In this document: in pieces, positions 27,262-40,639 of the stretch | Layout of the letters: every line of letters begins with the position of its first letter | How positions within the stretch are numbered: position 1 is the stretch's first letter | From: Octopus sinensis | Taxonomy: Eukaryota | DNA: 64,000 bases | Assembly (NCBI RefSeq): GCF_006345805.1 | Contig: NC_043003.1 | Coordinates: forward strand, 9,734,001-9,798,000 | Direction: 5' to 3' | Program-made: the position numbers and the translations under genes | Notes under the pieces: generated by a model | Databases searched by the model: none | Told to the model about the DNA's origin: nothing | The model's input: the letters and a program-made list of their open reading frames with translations, nothing else

Positions 27262-27630
27262 AGAGGCGGTGAGCTGGCTTGCAACATTACGCCTGTCTTT
27301 ACGTTGTGAGTTCAAAATCCACAGAGGTCGACTTTACCTTTCATTCTTGCAGTTGAACCCTGGAGTCAACGTAATCGATTTACTCACGCCCCAGAAACTG
27401 ATGGCCTTGCGCCAAAATTTGAAAGTAATGTTTAAACAACCAGTTGCCGGCTCGCTGGGTAAAATGCTTAGCGTCCGTCTTTATGTTCTGAGTTCAAATT
27501 CCTCTGGGCACAATTTTGTTGTTCATCATTTCGGGGTTGATTACATAAGTACCAGTTAAGCACTGGGGTCGACGTAATCGCCTTAGCCCCCTCATCTGAC
27601 ATTGCTGGCCTTGTGTCAAAATTTGAAACG
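27262..27630 (+). mobile_element. Two tandem diverged SINE A2 copies
   Basis: Each retains GAGTTCAAA, the core motif and the GGCCTTG..CAAAATTTGAAA tail. Confidence 0.6.
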
Positions 27631-28339
27631 AATCTGTATGTTTCAAAAGGACTAAATTTAAACACAAATATATGGTAAATTATTACGGAGATGCTCTTGC
27701 AAAGCAAGTGCTATGGGTGAGATAATGAGTTGAAACTAAAGAGATTGCAACGTGGAAGACAACAGAAACCATTCAGAAACACATGTAGATCGTTAACTTC
27801 CCTTAAACATATAATTTATAATGAATTATAGATATTTTATTGCTCACGACTGCAACAAGTACACTGACAAAAGTTGCTGCAGATTATCTCTGTCAGTGCA
27901 CAGGTCGCATTCTCCAGAGACAAACATCTTTGACACAGTATTACGAATAGAAGTTCGAGTTAACGATCTTCTTGTGATTCACACACACACACACACTCTT
28001 TCTCCCTCTCTCTCTCACTCTCTCTCACTAACTCTCTCTCTCTCTCACTCTCTCTCTCTCTCTCTCAAACACACACATACACAGTTTATTGGTAGAGCTA
28101 TTCCCCAGCGAAATTTTAATATAAGCGTGTATGTCTGTACGTGCATATATGTGTATATTAGTATGTGTATATGTGTGCGTGCGAGTGTGTGTGTATGTGT
28201 GTCTGTCTGAGTGCGTGTGCACATACAAGCGAAATAGAAGATAAATGGATTTTAAATCAAGATGATAAATGCGCATGAATATGTAGAAATAGATATATAA
28301 ATTATGTGAAGGGTTTACTGCTTAAATGCACTATATATA

Positions 28340-28382
<43 letters not shown>

Positions 28383-28448
28383 ACTATTATACTATGTGTG
28401 TGTGCATGTGCACGTGAGGGTGCAGCTTGGTGCAAAAGTGGATAGATT

Positions 28449-28484
<36 letters not shown>

Positions 28485-28828
28485 TATATATATGTACAGA
28501 AGACAATGACATATTCCTTTTCCGACTTCCTTTTTATGTATAAGAATCTTTCTAGATTTTATTAGGGTATAAACTGAAACGATATCCCAAATGTTACATG
28601 TGGTAATAATTTTTAACAGTGATTTATAAGAGCCAGCTATACACGCCAGTTCAAAGATCGTTGTTATTTCCAATATTCTTAGCAGAAAACATTGTATTAT
28701 ATATGAAACTCCATAAAGATATTAGAGAAATGAGTTAGAACTATAAAAATAATTTTTCATAAATTTATGAGTATATATGCGCCCACGCATGACTGCTTGC
28801 ACCTAAATATATAACGGCGTATGTACGA

Positions 28829-28832
<4 letters not shown>

Positions 28833-28912
<80 letters not shown>

Positions 28913-28913
28913 C

Positions 28914-28962
<49 letters not shown>

Positions 28963-28993
28963 AATCAATCTATCTATCTATCTATCTATCTAT
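28833..28993. repeat. (TCTA)n microsatellite
   Basis: Direct inspection. Confidence 0.97.
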
Positions 28994-28996
28994 ATC

Positions 28997-29641
28997 CTAG
29001 GGGAAGTCAAAATTATCCACACTTTCGCTATAACATACCTTTATTATTATTATTACACTGTCTTCGGCGCGAACGTGCTTAGAGTTGGTACTATTGTGGA
29101 CACGTGATCGAAGTTTGATCCTGATTGCGCCATTTTTCTTTCTGGCTTTAGAGTGTAAGCATGGCCGCTCTAGTAGCGATGTGCGCCAGAGACGAACAAA
29201 GAGCAGTGTTCGGAAAGTGTGTCAGGTGTTGAAATTGAAGGGAGGCTTTTAGCACGATACGGGGACATTGGACTACCACGTAGAAGTGTGTATGAGTGGA
29301 CCGAGGAGTTTAAAAGTGGCCGAATAAGCGTGACATTCTAAGAGGGTGCAGGACGCCCGTCAACCTCCACCACTGACAAGAAGATTCAGTAACTTCGAGA
29401 GATGATAATGGTGAACCGGTTCGCCATTACCATCTTTCGGATTACTGCTCTATGTTCTTTGGTGCCACTAGAAAGGCCATGCTTACACTGTAATGCCACA
29501 AAGAAAAATGGCGGGATCGGGCTCCAACTTCAATTACGTAACCACAATAGTATCCCTTCTAAGCTCGCATGCGCAGAAGGCAGTGTGACAATAATAAAAT
29601 GTGTTATGCCGGAAGTGCGGATAATTTTTTACTTCCCCTCG
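28997..29641 (+). mobile_element. Internally deleted mariner element
   Basis: TIRs (C[G/T]AGGGGAAGT[C/A]AAAA(A)TTATCC[G/A]CAC) at both ends. Degenerate transposase N-terminus ...LPRRSVYEWTEEFKSGRISV..EGAGRPSTST. Confidence 0.8.
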
Positions 29642-29650
29642 CATATATAT

Positions 29651-29870
29651 TCTTTTATTCTTTTATTCGTTTCAGTCATTAGGTTGCGGCCATGATGGAG
29701 CACTGCCTTAAAGGGTTTTTACTCGAAGCAATCGACCCCAGGGTTTATTCTTCGTAAACCTAGTACTTATTCTATCGCTCTCTTTTGCCGAACCGCTAAG
29801 TTACGATAGCATAAACACATCAGCATCGGTTGTCAAGTGATGGCGGAGGTACAAACACACACACACATAT
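29651..29870 (-). mobile_element. SINE family B, 3' half
   Basis: Reverse complement of the family B tail, broken at the internal (TA)n. Confidence 0.75.
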
Positions 29871-29885
29871 ATATATATATAATAT

Positions 29886-29937
<52 letters not shown>

Positions 29938-30061
29938 CAGCTATACAAGTACACATATATAAATATGTATATACATGTATATATATATATATATATAATA
30001 TAATATATATATATAATGTATATATATATATGTGTTTGTATGTATGTATATATATATACAT

Positions 30062-30141
<80 letters not shown>

Positions 30142-30724
30142 TGGGGTCGATGTAATCGCCTTAGCTCCTCATCTGACATTGAAACGAATCTCTATTTTTC
30201 AACAGCACTAAATTTAAACACAAACATATGTTAAAATCGAGGTGTTACAGGCTCTGGTTTTAAAAACTCTCTCATATCACTCTGCGGATCTCTTAGACAT
30301 GGAATAGCAAGGATTTAGATCATTCTAAGAAAATGGAAAGCATCCCAGTGTTACACAGCTTATGGCATTTATCATAAAGCATTGCTAAAGCCAAACTCAC
30401 ATTATACTTCAATACTCGAGATAATATAATGCAGCACATCATGAAAATAACGATTTATATGTTTTCTATTGCTTTTCCGTTTTGAATTTTTCCCATTTTC
30501 TAATCAATTACAACAGATATTCGTCGTTGGCACAAAATATAATGAATAATGGTAATAGCATGTGTATAAATTTCTGAGCATATCTACAATATATCATGCT
30601 AGGAACATTCCGTTCAAAATTGTATGAAAATATATTTACAGTATTTATTGGAATTCCTGAAAGAAAAATTGCAATAAGTATTGAAAGCTACTGCCATATT
30701 CAGATATAGACTATTCGGTTTCTG

Positions 30725-30961
30725 AAGGCGGTGAGCTGGCAGAAACGTTAGCACGCCGGGCGAAATGCTTAGCGGTATTTCGTCTGCCGTTACGTTCTGA
30801 GTTCGAATTCCGCCGAGGTCGACTTTGCCTTTCATCCTTTCGGGATCGATTAAATAAGTATCAGTTACGCACTGGGAGTCGATATAATCGACTCAATCCG
30901 TTTGTCTGTCCTTGTTTGTCCTCTCTGTGTGTAGCCCCTTGTGCGCAGTACAGAAATAGGT
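30725..30961 (+). mobile_element. SINE family A, followed by an older A2 remnant to about 31120
   Basis: Family A consensus. Confidence 0.9.
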
Positions 30962-31515
30962 ATTTCGTCCGTCTTTACGTTCTGAGTTTAAATCTGGCTG
31001 AGGTCTACTTTGACTTCCATCCTTGCGGGGTCGATAAAATAAGTACCAGTTGAGCGCTGAGGTCAGGGTATCTGGCTCCCCACTTCGTCCAAAATGCCAG
31101 GCCTTCTACCTGTAGTTGAAATGATTGATTGCACCGATTTTTAAACGAATATATTTGAACCAGAACATTCGAGTTTCAAATTGGCGCAAATAAACAGCGG
31201 ATTTCTAGCAGGCGATATATCGTACCGTATCCTTCCAGTAACTTCTATTTCGTCGAAACCAGACATATGAAAGAAAAAGTTCACGCTGGTGGTGTTTGAA
31301 TTTTTAAAAATGCAGAAAGTAACTAAATTATGTAACGTATTCAATCCCAGATGGCTATAGCTAAATCTAAGAACTGTATGTGAAGGTGAACAATTTGAGT
31401 TTAGAGCAATGCTTAATTAGCAAGAGGAAACAGTTGCATATTTGATTAAATTGGTTCAGTTAGTAACTTCATTTGATAACTGGAGGCAATATAACCAACA
31501 CTATCCAAACATTTT

Positions 31516-31720
31516 AAAGTGGCGAGCTGGCAGAATCATTAGCGCGTCGGACAAAAATGCTTAGCGGTATTTCGTCCGTCTGTAGGTTCTGATTTAAAAT
31601 TCCGCCGAGATCTTTCCTTCGGGGTCGACAAAAGAAGTACCAGTTGAACACTAGGATCGATTTAATTGACTTACGCTCTCTCCCAAAATTACTGGCATTG
31701 AGTCAAACATTTGAAAACAA
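31516..31720 (+). mobile_element. Diverged SINE A2
   Basis: GGCGAGCTGGCAGAATCATTAGC head and AGTACCAGTTGAACAC core. Confidence 0.65.
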
Positions 31721-34700
31721 TATTATCCAAAAATTTCATTTCGTTAACCACATGAAATTGCGACTCCTATATTTTATTTCGTTCGGTTATAACTTCGCAA
31801 GCAGCCCTTTAGTAAAACCACATTTAGAGACAGCAGACGTGACCTTCTCATCGATAATTACGTGAATGTCTAAAAAGTTTACTTTTGTAGAAACAAAACT
31901 TCTTAATGTGATTAATTCATTGACATTCGTGACTGCTGACACAAGGTTCATTAACAAAATATATTTTAATTGAATATAATTGAATATCATATTATCTGTT
32001 AGAAACCTATAACATCGATAATTATTCTGATGTCTAAAACATTTACCTTTGGATGGACAAAACTCCGTAACGCGATTCATTTATTGGCATTGAACGATGA
32101 CGCATAGATTGGTTAGCAAAATATAAATTAACGGTATATAATAGAATATCGAAATAGGTGTTAGAAATCTTATTCACGGGTCTATTTTTAATTGCATCAT
32201 TCTCACATGAACGACATTATAAAAAATTGTAAAACTAATACTCTATTTAATTGTTTAATGCATACGGCAGAGATATACAAGTTACTTTGTTTCATTACAG
32301 AGAACTTTGACACCAAATCTAGGTTAGTCTTTTCTTTAGCCGGACACAATATTTTATTACTTAGTTTTATCTCTTTCTGAACAATGAAAAACCAAGTCTT
32401 TTTTATGAGATTCTACTCATAAAAGGAACGATCCCTCTGCGCTATAAATCCTTCCGCATCGACCTTTCCTGGAGTATTATGAACCCAATATATATTATTG
32501 CATATTTCCTTTACTAGAAATTTGAACGCTTCAAGGAGGAAACAATTAATAAAATAACACGAAAATGTATTATGTAACCACTAGAGAAATCCTATATGGG
32601 GAACAGACTTTTAAAGGTAGAAACACTGTTTAGACAATATAATATGAAACTGAATCTGTATCCAAACGCTACACAAACCAAGTAAAACATTTGAGAAGAG
32701 TTGCCTACTATACTGCTTGCAACATTATTTTGAAATTTTTGTCAATCTTCAAATACGTTTAGCTTTATGTATCGCTCTTTCATGTAAGGATTGCCATTTG
32801 CTTTCTATGCATTTGTTTATGTATCTTTGTGGCTGCAATCAATTTCCCTTTCACTAATATTTCACCAATATTTTTCAAACACATGAGACTAATTAACTTC
32901 ACGTTTCCTAGTTGCTTCCAATGACAAAGGCGACGTCTGCCAAAGAGAGATAATCAATAGAAATTTAGATTAGATTCTTTCATTTATTTTATTGTCAAAA
33001 GTTTCAATCATCAAATGGGAAGACTATAAATATTTATTTCACTAACGAGTGGAATAAAAAGAATGAAGGATTAAATACTTGTGATTTATGAGTGAACATT
33101 CGTAATCAGTCGAATACAATATATTAAAATGCGATTGATCCTATTGTCTTCAACAGTCCGGAAAATAGTTGTCTAAAAATTAATTTTGTAGGACACAGAA
33201 ATGTTAAAACTTAGATGGTCTGCAAATATATGAATTTCTCTTCATTTTAAAACCATCCATGTTACATAAATTGAAGGTAACACTTGTGTTGTACAAATCT
33301 GCTCTTGGAAAGAATTAAGCCATGTACTCTCATATGCTGTTCTTTGAAAATGTCTGCTTCGTCATTTCAAACTAGGATTATTATGATTGTCGGGAAAACT
33401 GAGAGATTGATTTGTTGACATATTTCAGATTTATATTAGTGATTGAGTAACATATAGAGTTCAACGTGCAGAGATATGATACTTCTTTGTTCATCGCAAG
33501 GACGGGGACATATGTGGGGAATTAAAAGAGTGACTTTAAATTGTGATATTCATCAACAGATATTTGACAGGAGGACTTTCATTACTAGGATATTACATCT
33601 TCTTCTCCAGGAACATTTGTGACTTATCAGGTCACTATACTAGCTTAAAAGGTACTCTTTTCAAAGTCGCGCGGCCTACTGAGAGAGAAGCCTCATATTC
33701 CTTAAATCAAAACACAGAGGAACATGATACTTTGAATAAAAGGGTTTTGTTTTACTCTGTTTATGTAAACACATCGGTGTTGACCTGGTGCAAACAACAA
33801 CATAGGAAATGAAATAATTGACCACTTGCAGCAGTGACACTGAAATTTAAATATATGTACAACGATAAATGTTAAACCTAATTAAATCCTGAGTATACAA
33901 ACGTGTAACGACTACAATATCTAACGCCCTTGATTTAGTTACTGGTGAGAGAAAACCTGGCAAACAAATATTAAGCTGTATTGTTCATACATTTTCCAAA
34001 TGATTAATAATGGAAATGAACAGAAATAATGTCAGTCAACAAGCTTTTTCTTTATTGCAGGTTTGGTCTAGAGGAAAGAATGTGCTTATGAACTTGCAGT
34101 CTTTCCGTGACAAGTGAGATCAACGTAGTTAATGTGTCTTTTGCGCTATTAACTATGTGTAGCGCAGAAACAAAAAGAACATGTAGTGGGGGGTGTTGTA
34201 AGAAGGCCGCCTTTCTGGAGAGAAAGACCTGGTGTGAGTTGTTGCAAGCAAAAGATTTGTTAGGGCGTGCACCTTACGAATGACAAGTGGATTATAGTTA
34301 CTTGAGAAGAGGAGCTTCACTACGAATCAGGATTGAGAATGGTATATTGTACAAGCGGTAGAAATGGCAAACGATTGATGTATTAGCCATGTTAGCTAAG
34401 AGGCTGGAGTGTGTAGGGCCACAACCAGTCCTGTGCTTTTTCGTTTTTTTCTTTTTTTTCCAGGTGGTTCTAGAAGCCTGCATATTTAGCAACAAACCGT
34501 CACAGATGTAGAACTTGTACACGTTGTTGGTCTTTTATGAGCTTTTAGATAATGATTGGAAGAGGCCTTGTAGAGAAAACCAAGCCTTAGTGACGTAGTA
34601 TTTACTATATTGAGGATGTAAATTTTCTAGGAGGGTGTCTCATTTGCAAATTCGAATTTTTATGGTGTTACCTTAAGCTAAAAGCTGTTCACTATCATAA

Positions 34701-35665
34701 AAATATATTACTTAATATATTTTATCGCAGCGAATCCTCAAAAGCACAATTCTCAGTATATTTATCTTACATAATACAAAGGAGTCCTTTATTTTGCATC
34801 GTCCGTGTAGATCAAAATGGTTGTACCTAACATATTACAAAATGTTGTTTAAATAACTCATTAATTAGGTGTATAAAGGCATCTATATTAGAGTGCTTAT
34901 AATCAAGTGAATAGAGTAACGATCCTACACAATTAGTAAACTAAGATTTAGAATCACGAGCCCGTAATTTATCGTTGTTAGTAGTTTATTTTAGTACCAG
35001 TTAAAATTTTATCAGTAATCAGATATTTACTACTCGGTAGAGAACCAAACGTATCAAAATTGAACTTACGATTAGATATGACGATTGCGACATTCGAAAA
35101 CCTATGTTACCAGACAACCTCTATCGACCAACATTTCGCATTATACCATTAGATGCAGCATAAGCTGAAATCTATTTGCGTCATTTGTACGCAGTTACTG
35201 CCAAGATATTGTCATTCTGCTAATGAGGTATTTAACGGAATATATTTTCGTCGATTCGTTACTTGAGATGATTACACTACTTACTTAATGTTGACAGTCA
35301 TGATGCAAAGTTTCGCAGTCAAATAAAAATATAACAGGTTTTTCAAATCTGCAGCAGAAAAATATTATATGTATGTGTGTATGTGTGTAAATATATATGT
35401 ATGTAACTTATATGATTTGTTATTGTTTGTTCGCAAATTGAACTTGACGCAAGAAACCTACGAGCAAAAATGTTCTAGGAATAGCCATTCCATTTATTCG
35501 AGAGTATGTAAAACATCTTATATGCCCTTACCTTCACCAATGAGCTAGGATGTGAGTTGAGATTTAGCAGCAATTATTATATCTAGTCGAGATGAAATTC
35601 AATAATGCTTAACACAATAAACAATGTTTAATACAGCTAAACCCTCAGAGAACAAATTTCAATTA

Positions 35666-35898
35666 CCTATTTCTTTACTATCCACAAGGGGCTAAACACA
35701 GAGAGGACAAACAAGGACAGACAAACGGATTAAGTCGATTACATCGACCCCAGTGCGTAACTGGTACTTAATTTATCGACCCGAAAATATGAAAGGCAAA
35801 GTCGACCTCGCCGGATTTGAACTCAGAACGTAAAAACAGACGAAATGCCGATAAGCATTTCGACCGGTGTGCTAACGTTTCAGCCAGCTCGCCGCCTT
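35666..35898 (-). mobile_element. SINE family A, full length
   Basis: 15-bp TSD AAATTTCAATTACCT at 35654-35668 and 35902-35916. Confidence 0.92.
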
Positions 35899-37144
35899 TG
35901 TAAATTTCAATTACCTTCACTTAGAAAGTCACGTATGGAATTCTGCTGATGAATGAATTAGTATCTTCCTTAATAAAGTCGTATATTTTAGTTTCTTTAT
36001 TCCGCTAAAATAGCCTTTAAACCCGTAAACATTATTTCTGTAAATAAAGCATTTAAAATTAAATTTATTTCTTAGTCAAAGCTTTCCTAAAAAATTAGGC
36101 TACAACTGGAAATCCGTTCCTACTTCAGATTATTTCTATTTCTATATGTAGATGTTTTTTAACCAGTCTCTATAACTTTCATGCTTCTTTTAGTACACTA
36201 GTTGGACCTCAAAGATTGTTTCAGTCTATGAAATGAAAGCGTAGGGAAACTTGAAGAATTTGAAAAAAAGTATGAATTGAATTAATGCAAATATTCACAA
36301 TAGAACATATGCAACTCCATTTTTAGACATCCCTATAAAGAACGTCAACTACCAAATACACGGGCGTGTTGCAGATTACTCTCTTAAGGCGCCAGGTATT
36401 AAAATATCTAAAAATCATGGACACACAAGATAATTCACCCCAGATCCTATCCAGGAGTGATGGACACCAATGTTTCGTCATTTTTGTGGCTTATCAGCAT
36501 CACGTACCCAAACCGAATCGGAGGCGAAGAGACCGCCAGTCTACGTTTTATACGGATATAGTGAGGAAATTATATGTTCGTATACCCGGATAATTCATGC
36601 GTAAGAATAAATTCAAATCGGAATTTGAAACCACAAAAGAGCAAAACATCGATGTTTAAGACCCTTGAATGAGATCTGGAGTGAGTTATTTACTCTGTCT
36701 ATGCTTTTCAGATGTTTTAACACCAGGAACTTTGAGAGAGTATTCTCCACCGCGTCATAACACAGCCTACCGGCAAATGCACTTCAGTTATACTTTAAAT
36801 ATGTTTGGTTGATAGTGGTTATTGAGATAGCAGACAGTTGTATCTGTGACTGTACATACTTGCATAAGAAATTTTATTTCTAGATTAGCGATAACGTCCA
36901 AAATATAGCATCCAGAGTATAGTTGAAAAACTATCATAATTCTTCGATTACAATTTTTAATGCAAATTGTAACCTAGAGATTCGGACGAAGTCTATACTT
37001 CTCTCCAGAGGATAAATCTTGGAACTTATTGCTAACCCTGAAAATAAATTATTCAACTTTGTCGACGATGTGCAGTCATTTCTCTATAACCTGTTGATCA
37101 TTTAGCTGCATACTAATAAGCAATAAATAATAATAATAATAATA

Positions 37145-37207
<63 letters not shown>

Positions 37208-37212
37208 TAATA

Positions 37213-37749
37213 ACTGGAAGCTATGCCAACACTGGAATATCAACAGAAAAAAAGATGGTATAGGCACACACCAGGAAAGGTCACAGAAAACGTGAAAGCA
37301 ATCATACTCTGGGATATGCCAATTCACACTGGTAGATAAATTAAGGTCAATATGTCGGATATAGTTGTCAGAGATCATGAAGAAAAAAAATGCTTTCTAA
37401 CTGATGGCAACGTTTCTCTAAAAGAAATGGAGAAACTTTCAAAATACAAAGACTTGGAAAAAGAGGTAACTCGAATGTGGAATCTAAAAACAGGAACAAT
37501 TCCTATCATAGTAAGCGCATTAGGTATGATAAAAATATTCAGACAAATACATAACAAAAATACCAGGACTTACAAATATATATATAACATACAGAAAATT
37601 GCACTACTGGGCACTGCACATATCCTACGCAGAACACTTTCAATACAGTAAAAATAAGAGCATCACAGCAAACCACAGCACATATCCAAGGCACACAGAG
37701 CTGCGTTCGGTAGTGAAGTGAAATCACGCTATAAAAATAATGCTACTGA
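37213..37749 (+). mobile_element. R4/Dong-type LINE 3' fragment (restriction-like endonuclease domain)
   Basis: WKLCQHWNI..KRWYRHTPGKVTEN..ILWDMPIHT..DIVVRD..KEMEKLSKYKDLEKEVTRMW..IPIIVSALG..QKIALLGTAHILRRTL. (TAA)n on both sides. Confidence 0.85.
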
Positions 37750-37790
37750 ATAATAACAATAATAATAATAACAATAATAATAATAATAAC

Positions 37791-37832
<42 letters not shown>

Positions 37833-37855
37833 TGTTATTATCATTATTATTATTC

Positions 37856-37904
<49 letters not shown>

Positions 37905-37905
<1 letters not shown>

Positions 37906-38303
37906 GTCTTTGCACAGCTTCTAACGCTGCAGATGTACAACAGTGTCAGCTATTCACTACCAGTGAACTAAGGTAACACCTCTTATTTTTCGAGCACCTT
38001 CCGGAGTATTCGAGCGGTTCCAAGCAGTGCTATTTTCTGCAAGTGGTCTACCCTTATTGCATCCCATATTTGTTCCACGTAGTTCTCGAGATTTTTGCTC
38101 GATTTTCCCAGAGCTCCGATAATTATTGGTACTACTGCTACCTTTTTTATCGACCACAACTGCTTAACTTCCCAAGCTAACCTTTCATATCTTTCAACTT
38201 TTCTTTCTTCCTTATCGCATAACTTGTTGTCAGCCAGGCATGCTATATCTATGATCCAGCATAGTTTTTCTTTCTCAATTAAGACTATATCCGGCTTCCT
38301 ATT
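37905..38303 (-). mobile_element. R4/Dong-type LINE 3' fragment, second subfamily
   Basis: RKPDIVLIEKEKLCWIIDIAC..KEERKVERYERLAWEVKQLW..VPIIIGALG..QKIALLGTARILRKVL (PD..D-x-K RLE motif). (TAA)n flanks. Confidence 0.85.
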
Positions 38304-38318
38304 CTTCTTTTTCCTCTT

Positions 38319-38349
<31 letters not shown>

Positions 38350-38484
38350 TTATTATTATTATTATTATTATTATTGATGTAGTACCAGGTAGTGGCTCTC
38401 GTGGCTTTTGATCTTAACTGATTGGAAGTGTTATTATCTACATTGTTTTGTCTTGGTATAAAAGATGGGGTATAGCAAATATTC

Positions 38485-38732
38485 AGCATCGGTTGTCAAG
38501 CGATGTTGGGGGACAAACACAAACACACAAACATACCCCCACCACTCACATATATGTATATTATACATATACGACATTCTTCTTCCAGTTTCCGTCCACC
38601 AAATCCACTGATAAGGCTTTGGTCGGCCCGAAGCTATAGTAGAAGACATTTGCCCAAGGAGCCACGCAGTCCGACTGAACCCGGGACCCTGTTGTTGGTA
38701 AGCAAGCAACTTACCACACAGCCCCTCCTGCA
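38485..38732 (-). mobile_element. SINE family B, 5' portion
   Basis: Reverse complement of the family B head through the internal repeat. Confidence 0.8.
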
Positions 38733-39022
38733 CCTATATATATATATATTTATATAATATTATATATAGGAGGTTGTGAGAGGTAAAGGTGTCAGTGAGG
38801 CCCAAAGGTGTCAGGTAATACTGAATAAGTGCGATGGATACACCGTAGTTAAGTTCCAGGTTCGGCGATTATGCGAATAAGGGGTCAAACTCTAACTTCA
38901 CTTTTGGCTTGAAGACACCTACAACCACACAATGTCTTGGTCTTTTATCTCATTACGAAAAAACGAAGTTAATATTATATAAATAAATAAATAAATAAAT
39001 ATATATATATATATATATATAT

Positions 39023-39180
39023 GGGGGGAGAATTCACGAAAAAAACAAAAGACGAAGACAGGTGGTGTAGAAAACAAAGAGATATATTAGTATAACGCTC
39101 AGGAATTGAAAAAGTCGTTTACGTTTCGTGCCTACGCTCTTCTACAGGAAGGAACACAGAAACAAACAAGGGGAGAAAAT
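39023..39180 (-). mobile_element. H3-related short element with a degenerate hammerhead
   Basis: Minus strand reads CTGTAGA-A-GAGC(GTAG)GCAC-GAA-ACGT-A. Downstream CCTGAGCGT is shared with H3. It ends at (TA)n. Confidence 0.55.
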
Positions 39181-39222
39181 ATGTGTGTAGTAGCTATATA
39201 TATATATATAAGTATGTATAAT

Positions 39223-39257
<35 letters not shown>

Positions 39258-39975
39258 ATATTGTATATATATATATTTATGCGTGTGTGTGTGTGTGAGT
39301 GTTTAAAGATATCGACAACAAATCTCTCGCACTGCTTAGTAAAACATTGGTATATTCATCAAAACTAAGTTTTCGTAACATTTTACGTTATTGGTTGTTG
39401 AAAATATGGTTATATCTGATGTTGATAATTACTATCGCACGTTCATGAAATTATACGTTAGTTCTTGCAAAATGTAAAAGAATTGAAGCAAAACGAATCG
39501 AAACGGAACGATTATGTCGTCACGCTCAATTAACAGTCTTATCTATGCGACATTCTGTGTATGCGTGTGTTTCTTTTTTTCTCATTCATTCTCCCTCTTA
39601 CATACTTACACATACGCGCATATAATCACTCTTACATATATGTATGGTTGTGTTTACATACACACATACATAATACATATGTATATATGTGTGTCTGTGT
39701 GTACAGACACCCAGACACGCACACACAATATATAGGCTTCTGTAAGATGTCTAAATACTTATTTAGACTATTTTTCACATGCAGAGCCGCCTAAAATCTG
39801 TCTTAATTTCAAATCATTTGGAGGCGGTATTTCGATATATTTGGCTCTAGAATTCTACAAGCGTCACTTTCAGCTGTATTTTTCTCTTTATTGGGTAAAC
39901 CACAAAAACTGCAGGTTTTGCATCTCAAGTTGTTTATATTATCAGATTTGAAATTGGTCAAACATGTGCAATAAC

Positions 39976-40374
39976 TTTATATATAAAAGAGAGGTTGTGT
40001 GCTATCTGTCTCCTACGATTTAGATTCCTAACTACTCCCACATTTTGCGGTGCAGTTTAACCAAAACAAACCGGGTATCTTATAGTCGTGATTCATATCG
40101 AGCCCTTCTGGGTATTAGCGCGCGTCTACGATGAGTCTACGATTTTAAAAAGAATTTACCATCAATTTTTCCCAGTTTTAATGCATTTTGGCATATATAA
40201 GAGAAGTAACTCTTTAAAAATTTATTATTAAATCTCAGAACGTAAAAAGCTACGGTAACACCCCCCTCCTTTGTGGTTAGCCATATTGAGATGGCTATTA
40301 TACTTTACATCTCTAAAAATGCGTATATAGTTATTTCCCTTACAAACCCGAGCAACGCTGGGCGATACTGCTAG
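39976..40374 (+). mobile_element. Non-autonomous Helitron
   Basis: 5' end T(T)TATATATAAAA; 3' hairpin CCCGAGCAACGCTGGG followed by CTAG then T. Confidence 0.6.
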
Positions 40375-40639
40375 TATATTCTATAAGATCAGTAGATCTT
40401 CCATTATTACTCATTGTTCGTAGTTGTATGGGTTTTCCCTAGTGATTTCTGTTACTAATTTCATTCAGTTCAGCTGGAAGACTCATAATGTGATCACAAT
40501 GAATGTCAAGAACTTTATGCCGTCGTCTTTCTTGACAAAACTTCAATTTAATTTTTGCTTGCGATTCGTTATAGTTTTTATCAGTTGATCAAAATATGTT
40601 CAGCTAGCCTGAGGAATCTGCAGAATTATGTAAAATCGG

